Positions 35,840-42,917 of a DNA stretch of 64,000 bases are shown in pieces. The position numbers were made by a program, and so were the translations under genes. This DNA comes from a virus (taxonomy: Duplodnaviria; Caudoviricetes), in the IMG/VR virus record IMGVR_UViG_3300042154_002208, one strand, 5' to 3'. The notes beneath the pieces were generated by a model. The model saw only the letters and a program-made list of their open reading frames with translations. It ran no database searches and had not been told where the DNA came from. The stretch's first letter is position 1; every line of letters begins with the position of its first letter.

Positions 35840-35856
35840 CATCCAAGGAAACCAAA

Positions 35857-36159
35857 ATGAAAAAACTTCTAATTCTTATTACTTTATTATTTTCAGCAAC
35901 TGCATCAGCGCAATATATGCATTGGCAGTCTAGATACACCCCATATTATAGTGGGGGAGGTAGCGGATGGATTGCTCCTGTGATTATAGGAGGTGTAATT
36001 GGGTATAGTATTAATAGAGCACAACAACCCAATACAATTATAATTCAACAGTCGCAACCTAGTGTAACTGTAGAAAACAATATGGAATGTTCTGCTTGGA
36101 GAGAAACACAACAACCTGATGGCACAATAAAACGAGAAAGAATTTGCTATCAACGATAA
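35857..36159 (+). CDS. Secreted Gly/Gln-rich protein
   Basis: Signal peptide ending ASA, hydrophobic Gly-zipper-like segment, C-terminal Cys pair. Confidence 0.75.
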   Translation: MKKLLILITLLFSATASAQYMHWQSRYTPYYSGGGSGWIAPVIIGGVIGYSINRAQQPNTIIIQQSQPSVTVENNMECSAWRETQQPDGTIKRERICYQR

Positions 36160-36171
36160 AGGAAAATAAAA

Positions 36172-36810
36172 ATGTCTGATGGATTTGATTTCGATTTTAA
36201 TTTAGAAAAAGTACAGCATTTATTGCCAAGAGTTAAAAATCACCAAGAATGGTATGACTCTATGGTAGAAACATTGCCGCAATATGGTATTAACGATATC
36301 GCGCGCGTATCCGCATTTATTGCACAATGTGCTCATGAATCAGGCGGATTTGCAGTTATGCAAGAAAATCTAAACTATAGTGCAGATGGCCTACAAAAGA
36401 TATTTGGTAAGTATTTCCCGAATCCTCAAATTGCAGCACAATATGCAAGACAACCTGAAAAGATTGCTAATAGAGTTTATGCAAATAGAATGGGTAACGG
36501 GGATGAAGCAAGCGGAGAAGGTTGGAAGTTTAGAGGTCGCGGACTAATTCAATTGACAGGTAAACATAATTACACAAAATGTTCCGAGGCATTTTTTGAA
36601 GACCACACCCTATTAGATAAACCCGATATTTTAGTTCAACCTTACTATGCTTTAAATTCAGCATGCTGGTTCTGGAATGCTAATAATTTAAATGTGCTTG
36701 CTGATGCGCAAGATATTAAAATGATGACAAAGAAAATCAATGGTGGATTTATTGGTCTTGAAGATAGACTTAAACACTACAATCACGCAGTCGAAATATT
36801 ACAGGAATAA
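36172..36810 (+). CDS. GH19-family endolysin
   Basis: FIAQ..HES, ENLNYS, YANRMGNG, FRGRGLIQLTG..NY and INGG..GL.DR. Confidence 0.93.
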   Translation: MSDGFDFDFNLEKVQHLLPRVKNHQEWYDSMVETLPQYGINDIARVSAFIAQCAHESGGFAVMQENLNYSADGLQKIFGKYFPNPQIAAQYARQPEKIANRVYANRMGNGDEASGEGWKFRGRGLIQLTGKHNYTKCSEAFFEDHTLLDKPDILVQPYYALNSACWFWNANNLNVLADAQDIKMMTKKINGGFIGLEDRLKHYNHAVEILQE

Positions 36811-36812
36811 GA

Positions 36813-37487
36813 ATGATCTATAATCATGTTAAGGTGAAAGAATTTGAGGAACTGGAACAAGTTACTCGAGAAGATGGAGTAAGATTTTACGCAACACCCA
36901 AAGGTAAAAAATATCCTTCGGTGACTACTGTTTTATCAGCGCATGGTAAACAAGGATTAATGGAATGGCGTAAAAGAGTAGGTGAAGAACAAGCAAATAA
37001 AATTTCAAGCGCTGCCGCAAGACGTGGCACTAAAATGCACTTGCATTGTGAAAATTATCTTAATAATGTCAATGTGCTAGATACAATTCCAGTATTTCAA
37101 AAAGAATTGTTTGAAAGTATTATCCCATATCTACATAAAATTAATAATGTTCATGTTCAAGAACAAAGATTATATTCTGACCATTTAAGATTGGCAGGAA
37201 CTGTAGATTGTGTTGCCGAATATGAAGGTCGCTTAGCAATCATAGATTATAAAACATCTAGCAGACGAAAAGCTAAAGAACACATTCATAATTATTTTAT
37301 GCAGTGTGCTGCATATGCAGTTATGTATGAAGAACGAACAGGTACACCTGTAAGCAAATTAGTTATTATTATGGCAGTCGAAGACGATGAACCTCAAGTA
37401 TTTGTCGAAAAACGAGATAATTGGGTAACCAAATTATTGGAGTACAGAGATTTGTACGAAAAGGACAAACAACTTTTGACTTCTTAA
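36813..37487 (+). CDS. PD-(D/E)XK exonuclease
   Basis: YPSVTTVL, RGT..H, AGTVDC, IIDYKTS and Q..AYA. Confidence 0.9.
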   Translation: MIYNHVKVKEFEELEQVTREDGVRFYATPKGKKYPSVTTVLSAHGKQGLMEWRKRVGEEQANKISSAAARRGTKMHLHCENYLNNVNVLDTIPVFQKELFESIIPYLHKINNVHVQEQRLYSDHLRLAGTVDCVAEYEGRLAIIDYKTSSRRKAKEHIHNYFMQCAAYAVMYEERTGTPVSKLVIIMAVEDDEPQVFVEKRDNWVTKLLEYRDLYEKDKQLLTS

Positions 37488-37504
37488 ACAAAAGGCATTA
37501 TAAT
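37476..37504 (+). promoter_or_regulatory. Sigma70 promoter of tmRNA
   Basis: TTGACT-17-TATAAT; predicted start near 37510-37511. Confidence 0.85.
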
Positions 37505-37510
37505 AGAGTT

Positions 37511-37854
37511 ATTGCTGTATGAAGCAAAGAGAAACAGATTCTGGACGCGGGTGCGAATCCCGCCAGGTCCACCATAAAGATTTACCGCCCGAACCGCAGA
37601 AGCCAAATTCTTGTTGCGGTAAAGGATGCGAGGGTTGTGTTTGGATTAGTTATTTTGAAGCACACAACCTTTGGAAAAGTCTTTATGATGGGCCTGAAAT
37701 AGATTCGACAGGGTAAAGAGTACCAGAGTGGACAGCACATCAGAGTAGATGTTAAAACTAAAACAAAGTAAACGCAAACGACTCACAGTTCGCATTAGCA
37801 GCCTAAACTCTGCTTAGGGTTTCGATAGGTTTCCTCGTAACAGAATAACCTATC
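37511..37854 (+). ncRNA. ssrA: Circularly permuted (two-piece) tmRNA; tag ANDSQFALAA
   Basis: Acceptor piece with T-arm and CAGGTCC-A-CCA ends at 37574. Coding piece starts GGGCCTG at 37690 and gives a 7-bp stem with G3-U70. Tag frame 37774-37806. The ends of the two pieces are approximate. Confidence 0.93.
37519..37716 (+). CDS. Oxidored-like (PF09791-type) four-Cys protein overlapping the tmRNA
   Basis: PPEP....CCGKGCEGCVW..Y.E....W lies entirely in the tmRNA intervening segment; translation is unproven. Confidence 0.55.
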   Translation: MKQRETDSGRGCESRQVHHKDLPPEPQKPNSCCGKGCEGCVWISYFEAHNLWKSLYDGPEIDSTG

Positions 37855-37889
37855 ATTTCACAAACACTCATACACACAAGGAGATTAAA

Positions 37890-38162
37890 ATGAGTAATAT
37901 GACACCGTTCGAAATTAGATTAGAACTTTTAAAAATGGCCAAAGATATGCTTGGTGACGATTACTACGGTAAACGTGAAGTAATATCTAACGATTGGGCT
38001 ACTAAGGTAGAGACAGCTAAACATGCTGGCCAAACACCTCCAGAGCATCCGGGCTATCCTGCCTACCCCTCAGAAACTGATATTATTGCAAAGGCTCATG
38101 TATTGAATGGCTTTGTTTCTAACATTCCTCAAGATAATATAAAGACTATTAGTAAAAAGTAA
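37890..38162 (+). CDS. Conserved hypothetical protein
   Basis: MTPFEIRLELLKMAKDML...II.KA..LNGFVS motif; RBS AGGAG. Confidence 0.85.
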   Translation: MSNMTPFEIRLELLKMAKDMLGDDYYGKREVISNDWATKVETAKHAGQTPPEHPGYPAYPSETDIIAKAHVLNGFVSNIPQDNIKTISKK

Positions 38163-38169
38163 TCTGAAG

Positions 38170-38192
38170 GCAGGGGGAGAAATCCCCTTGCA
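38170..38192 (+). terminator. GC-rich GAAA-tetraloop hairpin
   Basis: GGGGGA-GAAA-TCCCCC; the U-tract is poor, so the terminator role is uncertain. Confidence 0.45.
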
Positions 38193-38199
38193 TAGATAA

Positions 38200-38730
38200 A
38201 TGAAAACATATACACAAACATTTTTAGTAGCAGTATCTGCAGTATTGTTGGTATCAATACTAACACAAGTAACAACATCGAAATTACATAAGTTAAAACA
38301 ATCGAACTTTGCAGATACTACTGCAACGGTTGCAGTTAGAGAACAGCAATTAGATTGTTTGGCAAAAAATATTTACCACGAAGCAAGAAGTGAACCATTT
38401 GAGGGCAAGGTCGCTGTAGCGCAAGTTACAATGAACCGGGCCGCCAATGCAGGTTTCCCAAACGATATTTGCCGTGTGGTGTATCAAAAGAATGTGGTAT
38501 ATGAAAAAGTTATTTGTCAGTTTAGTTGGTACTGCGAGACAGCTACAAAAACAAAACCAATTCACCAATCCGCATATAAAGAATCTTATGAAGTAGCTAA
38601 GAAAGTCTTACTTGAAGGATTCCGATTAGCAGGATTAACTGACGCACTTTATTATCACGCAACATATGTTTCTCCTGGATGGAAACGACAACAAATCGCA
38701 CAAATTGGCAATCACATTTTTTACAAATAA
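38200..38730 (+). CDS. SleB-like cell wall hydrolase (Hydrolase_2)
   Basis: CLA.NIYHEAR.E, AVAQV.MNR, CQFSW, YYHA.YV.P.W and IG.HIFY. Confidence 0.92.
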   Translation: MKTYTQTFLVAVSAVLLVSILTQVTTSKLHKLKQSNFADTTATVAVREQQLDCLAKNIYHEARSEPFEGKVAVAQVTMNRAANAGFPNDICRVVYQKNVVYEKVICQFSWYCETATKTKPIHQSAYKESYEVAKKVLLEGFRLAGLTDALYYHATYVSPGWKRQQIAQIGNHIFYK

Positions 38731-38733
38731 ATT

Positions 38734-39039
38734 ATGAAATACCCCACACTACAAGATGTTATTAACTATTGCAAAACAACCTTAACGGTTGCTACTGCAG
38801 AAACAATTGCCTGGATCGGCATTGTACTTATTCATGCGGCAACTGTGCCTACAATGATTTCAATTATGTCTGGTCTATCAGATAAAATGCCGCCGGTTGA
38901 TCTTATTCTATTCATTTGGGGCGGCCTATCAATGTTGTTTGTGCGAGCAGTAATCCTTAAAGATATTCTACACATAGTAACTATTGGAGTTGGATTTATT
39001 ATTCACTCTGCACTTCTTGCTTTAATTCTATTTAAATAA
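38734..39039 (+). CDS. Three-TM membrane protein
   Basis: Hydrophobic segments; W..I..IH.AT.P motif. Confidence 0.75.
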   Translation: MKYPTLQDVINYCKTTLTVATAETIAWIGIVLIHAATVPTMISIMSGLSDKMPPVDLILFIWGGLSMLFVRAVILKDILHIVTIGVGFIIHSALLALILFK

Positions 39040-39041
39040 TT

Positions 39042-39569
39042 ATGTCTACATTAAAAGAACAAACTTACGAAAAACACAAAGAAGCGGAAACCCAAGCTTT
39101 TATCAAAGAGATTTTTCAAAAGAGAGTTGATAAAAATAAGTATGCGGAATACCTCTATCAATTATACTTAGTATATCATGCAATGGAAAACATTGCAGGT
39201 CCAAAATTAGGTGCATATGAAGGTATCCCTGGTCTTTACAGATCTAAAGCAATTTTTGAAGATTTTCAGGAATTGGCAGTACCGGATAAAACATATACCA
39301 TTAAAGAATCCACATTAAGGTATATTCAGTATATCATGGACATTACTAAGCATGATGATTTAATTGCACATATGTATGTAAGATACTTAGGTGATTTAAA
39401 TGGCGGACAAATTTTTGCTAAGCTTGTTCCTGGTTCCGGCAAAATGTTTCAATTCGAAAATAAAGAAGAGCTAACAGAAAAGTTCCGAGCCAAATTAAAA
39501 GACGACATGGGTAAAGAGGCCTGTGTTGGATTTGATTATAATATACAAATTGTTAAGGAATTTAACTAA
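39042..39569 (+). CDS. Heme oxygenase (HO1/HemO-like)
   Basis: LKEQT...H..AE (proximal His), YL.QL..VY..ME and H.YVRYLGDL.GGQ. Confidence 0.9.
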   Translation: MSTLKEQTYEKHKEAETQAFIKEIFQKRVDKNKYAEYLYQLYLVYHAMENIAGPKLGAYEGIPGLYRSKAIFEDFQELAVPDKTYTIKESTLRYIQYIMDITKHDDLIAHMYVRYLGDLNGGQIFAKLVPGSGKMFQFENKEELTEKFRAKLKDDMGKEACVGFDYNIQIVKEFN

Positions 39570-40258
39570 TGTCTTCGGTGTGGGATACGTTAATTAAGAT
39601 TGAACAATATCTTGAACATAAATTTTATGCTACCGGTAGTATTATACACGAACCAGCCATGGAGCGTTTTAATCAGCCGGGTTGGGTAAATAAAGTATGG
39701 GCCAGTAGCCGATACCGAAGAGCACACATTGACGTGGTAGATGCTCGTGAAACTAAAGGACTTTGGATGATGCATTGTTGCATCTTTCCGCATACACACA
39801 ATCCCGCACCTATCTTTGGATTTGATGTTATAGCAGGTAAAAATAAGATTACCGGGTGTTTTATTGATTACAGTCCTGCGGGCGATGTGAACCACCACAT
39901 GATTAAATATTTTGGTGAAGAAGTTAGAAAATACGAATGGAATAAAAAACGCAAACTACCAGACTGGGCCGAACGTATTTTCAGTGAGCATATGGTAGCT
40001 GCTGGTAACGTAAGTGAAGAAAATGAATTAAAACAACTTACAAGTTTGGCACATATCCTAGTTAATCATTATGTAGACACAGTAGATGAAACTAATCAAA
40101 CTGCTAACGATACAGCACCTGAACAGAATTATTATTGTGAAAATCAAAAACAAAATCCGCACACTCCTAAAGTTATGGTTAGTTTGGGGTTGAGTGAAGA
40201 TGATGTTCGGCATTTTATTCAGGAATGCTTGTTCCCAGAATTACAAAAATTAAAATGA
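39569..40258 (+). CDS. Ferredoxin-dependent bilin reductase (PcyA/PcyX family)
   Basis: RRAH, MHCCIFP (catalytic His), PIFGFDV (catalytic Asp), F.DYSP, LP.W...IFS and YC..Q..NPHT. Confidence 0.88.
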   Translation: MSSVWDTLIKIEQYLEHKFYATGSIIHEPAMERFNQPGWVNKVWASSRYRRAHIDVVDARETKGLWMMHCCIFPHTHNPAPIFGFDVIAGKNKITGCFIDYSPAGDVNHHMIKYFGEEVRKYEWNKKRKLPDWAERIFSEHMVAAGNVSEENELKQLTSLAHILVNHYVDTVDETNQTANDTAPEQNYYCENQKQNPHTPKVMVSLGLSEDDVRHFIQECLFPELQKLK

Positions 40259-40279
40259 ACAACTTGATTTTTAAATCTA

Positions 40280-40308
40280 TTGAACTTTTACCATTATACC
40301 TATATAAT
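40280..40308 (+). promoter_or_regulatory. Sigma70 promoter
   Basis: TTGAAC-17-TATAAT. Confidence 0.65.
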
Positions 40309-40333
40309 ATAGATATTAATAAAATAGGATACA

Positions 40334-40603
40334 ATGACAGAACTTAATTTGAATGAAGTATTGACCGACAGTTTAATTATTACCAAAAGATTTCGATCGC
40401 AAAATGAATTCTCTTTGTATATTGAAGAAAAGGTCTTATCTGAAAGTATAGGATATATGGATGCAGTAATACAATACTGCAATGAAATTGATATAGATGT
40501 TGCAGCTGTTGCCAATCTAATTAATCAATCACTAAAAGATAAGATTCAAAATGAAGCAGAAGAGCAAAACTATATGAGGCCGCGTGGTAAATTACCCCTA
40601 TGA
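40334..40603 (+). CDS. gp33: Late transcription coactivator
   Basis: FS..IE..V.....YMDAV..YC....ID......I...LK.KI..EA; lies upstream of 59 and 32 as in T4. Confidence 0.88.
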   Translation: MTELNLNEVLTDSLIITKRFRSQNEFSLYIEEKVLSESIGYMDAVIQYCNEIDIDVAAVANLINQSLKDKIQNEAEEQNYMRPRGKLPL

Positions 40604-41220
40604 TAATGGATGAATACTCAGTTTATAAAATGTACTTAGCTTTGCGATTACATTTCACAACAGACAATTATGATGTAATTCAACAAAAAGGCAGAGTGCG
40701 GGCAAGTCGTCAAGCATATGCCAAACGCAAAGATTTGTTTTCAATTAGAAAAATTGCCAAAAGTTATTCAGATGAAGAAGTTGCAAATTTTCTAGTAGCG
40801 AATTTTGTGTCAGGTGATCGCTGGGGCGGAATGTTTGATCTAGAAGCCGGACAAAGATATAAAGAATGGAAAAAGCGAGTCGAGAGTTTATCGTATAATT
40901 TTGAACAAGAATTAGATAATATCGTCAATGATTTAGAAGAATCTAATCTAAAAATTGAGGGTATTTTTACCGTGTCAAAAGGTCAGCATCCATATATAAT
41001 TAAAGCATTCTTACGAAACACAATTAGTATAGAAACTTTAGTGATATTGGAAAGACTAAATAAATTTACCGAGAGGTTTGATCGAGAGATCAGCGACACC
41101 GTGGTGTGGCCTGATGTTTCTAGACTTATTAAAAAGTACAAACCATTTCTTTTAATCGACATGGAAAAATACGATGCAATCTTTAGAAGACGAGTTGGAA
41201 CTAAAAACGCAGAAGATTAA
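40600..41220 (+). CDS. gp59: Helicase loader
   Basis: Y..YL.L.LHF....YD, RKD..., IS.ETLVIL and KY.PFL. Confidence 0.9.
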   Translation: MIMDEYSVYKMYLALRLHFTTDNYDVIQQKGRVRASRQAYAKRKDLFSIRKIAKSYSDEEVANFLVANFVSGDRWGGMFDLEAGQRYKEWKKRVESLSYNFEQELDNIVNDLEESNLKIEGIFTVSKGQHPYIIKAFLRNTISIETLVILERLNKFTERFDREISDTVVWPDVSRLIKKYKPFLLIDMEKYDAIFRRRVGTKNAED

Positions 41221-41395
41221 GCGTTTAGAACAAGATATTTTAATGTTACAAGAATCGCTTTTTACAACACAGGAATCTTTGAAAGAGACTCAGAGATATT
41301 TAATTAAATTGGCACATAGCCAAATGGAATTAAATAAAAGAATGGCGGCTTGGCCTTTCCTCAAGGTTAAAGCTAAAGGAAAAGAAGATGTTTAA
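41174..41395 (+). CDS. Coiled-coil hypothetical protein
   Basis: Heptad pattern; WPF motif. Confidence 0.65.
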   Translation: MQSLEDELELKTQKIKRLEQDILMLQESLFTTQESLKETQRYLIKLAHSQMELNKRMAAWPFLKVKAKGKEDV

Positions 41396-41424
41396 CTTTA
41401 AGGTAGGAGCCTTGATTTTTTAAA

Positions 41425-41613
41425 ATGGAAAAGTTTAAGAAGAACGATTATAATGATCGTGAAAAGAAAATGCGCCGAGTTGAAAAGGGCACACAGAAGA
41501 TTGACAAACATCGAAAGATTATATATAATGTAGCATCGTTCAATAAAGACGACGATGCGTTTGATGAGTACCTAGATTATGCATACGCTAATCAAAAATT
41601 TAAAAAACGTTAA
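41425..41613 (+). CDS. Small charged hypothetical protein
   Basis: 62 aa between 59 and 32. Confidence 0.65.
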   Translation: MEKFKKNDYNDREKKMRRVEKGTQKIDKHRKIIYNVASFNKDDDAFDEYLDYAYANQKFKKR

Positions 41614-41658
41614 TACTAAAACGAAAAACCATACACCGTTAATACGAAAGGACATACT
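41608..41658 (+). promoter_or_regulatory. Gene 32 leader with direct repeat (possible autogenous operator)
   Basis: CGTTAATAC at 41608 and 41637; A-rich and unstructured. Confidence 0.45.
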
Positions 41659-42591
41659 ATGGCTTACACTTCACTAGCAGATCTCCGCAAATCCCGCGGC
41701 GGCTTCGATTCTTTAATGAAAGAAGTTGAAAAGATCGCAAATCCACAATCCGAATCTAACAATAGAAATGACGACCGCTTCTGGCAACCCGAGGTTGACA
41801 AAGCAGGCAACGGCTACGCTGTTATTCGTTTCTTAGCTCCTCCTAAGGGCGAAGAACTTCCATGGGTTAGAGTTTGGAATCACGGTTTCCAAGGCCCAAC
41901 CGGGAAATGGTACATTGAAAATTCACTAACAACTATTGGCAAGACCGATCCTGTATCTGAGTTTAATACTGAGTTATGGAATTCAGGCTCAGAGGCCAAT
42001 AAAGAAGTTGCTCGAAAACAAAAGCGTAAACTAACTTACTACACAAATATTCTTATCGTTCAGGATTCTAAACACCCTGAAAATGAAGGCAAAGTATTTT
42101 TGTTTAAGTTTGGTAAAAAGATTTTCGACAAAATTAAGGATGTTGCTGAGCCACAGTTCGAGGACGAAAAGCCACTTAATCCGTTCGACTTTTGGGAAGG
42201 TGCAAACTTTAAATTAAAAATTCGTAATGTGGAAGGATATCGCAATTACGATAAATCAGAGTTTGATACACCAAGCCCAATTTCCGAGGATGATTCTATT
42301 ATCGAGAACATTTGGAACAAGCAACATTCTCTTACAGCGTTTCTTGACCCTAAAAACTTCAAGTCATATGAAGATCTTAAGAAAAAACTAGATATGGTTC
42401 TTTCTGGAGGCACAACTGCAATTAAGAAAGCAGAAGAAGTTACATTGGGCGAAGATGCAAATTATGTGCAACCTGCAACACCTGCAGCACGCCCAGCAGC
42501 CGCGCCAAAGGCAGCTCCTACTAAGGAAGTTGACTTTGATGATGATGACGAGTCATTGTCATATTTCTCAAAACTAGCGAGCGATGATTAA
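41659..42591 (+). CDS. gp32: Single-stranded DNA-binding protein
   Basis: DDRFW....DKAGNGYAVIRFL, HGFQG..GKWYIENS.TT, F.FGKKIFDKI and acidic tail. Confidence 0.97.
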   Translation: MAYTSLADLRKSRGGFDSLMKEVEKIANPQSESNNRNDDRFWQPEVDKAGNGYAVIRFLAPPKGEELPWVRVWNHGFQGPTGKWYIENSLTTIGKTDPVSEFNTELWNSGSEANKEVARKQKRKLTYYTNILIVQDSKHPENEGKVFLFKFGKKIFDKIKDVAEPQFEDEKPLNPFDFWEGANFKLKIRNVEGYRNYDKSEFDTPSPISEDDSIIENIWNKQHSLTAFLDPKNFKSYEDLKKKLDMVLSGGTTAIKKAEEVTLGEDANYVQPATPAARPAAAPKAAPTKEVDFDDDDESLSYFSKLASDD

Positions 42592-42622
42592 GCTTGCGAC
42601 TATTCTTTTTGGAGAAGATAAC

Positions 42623-42868
42623 ATGAAATCCCTTATTGTATTTCTAGCCGCAATGGCTATGGCTCATTCTGGTTTTGCAGCAGAACCTGCAGAAAAGAAA
42701 AAAGAGCCAGCAAAAACTACCAAGGCAAAGCCTGCAGCACCGACACCCACAGCAACACCGGGTGTTATTAAAATAGAGAAAAAAGAAGGGGCGGCCAAAG
42801 AAGAGAAACTTCCAAAGCCAACTGTTAAACGACCTGAAGAGTTAGCTGCTGAAAAAGCGAAGAAGTAA
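42623..42868 (+). CDS. Secreted Lys/Ala/Pro-rich protein
   Basis: Signal peptide; GGAG RBS before ATG 42623. Confidence 0.7.
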   Translation: MKSLIVFLAAMAMAHSGFAAEPAEKKKEPAKTTKAKPAAPTPTATPGVIKIEKKEGAAKEEKLPKPTVKRPEELAAEKAKK

Positions 42869-42872
42869 AAGG

Positions 42873-42900
42873 AAAAGCCCAGTTAATTCTGGGCTTTTTT
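42873..42900. terminator. Bidirectional intrinsic terminator
   Basis: AAAAGCCCAG-TTAATT-CTGGGCTTTTTT between convergent genes. Confidence 0.9.
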
Positions 42901-42917
42901 GTGACAGCATATGTAGA

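Noticed and set aside
37543-37574. Apparent tRNA 3' half ending in CCA
   Set aside because: There is no upstream D-arm or anticodon arm; its partner strand lies downstream at 37690, so it is the acceptor piece of a permuted tmRNA
39042-40258. Cyanobacterial host inferred from HO and PcyA-like genes
   Set aside because: No photosynthesis genes in the window; the tmRNA tag and HemA-like domain look proteobacterial; such cassettes also occur in non-cyanophages
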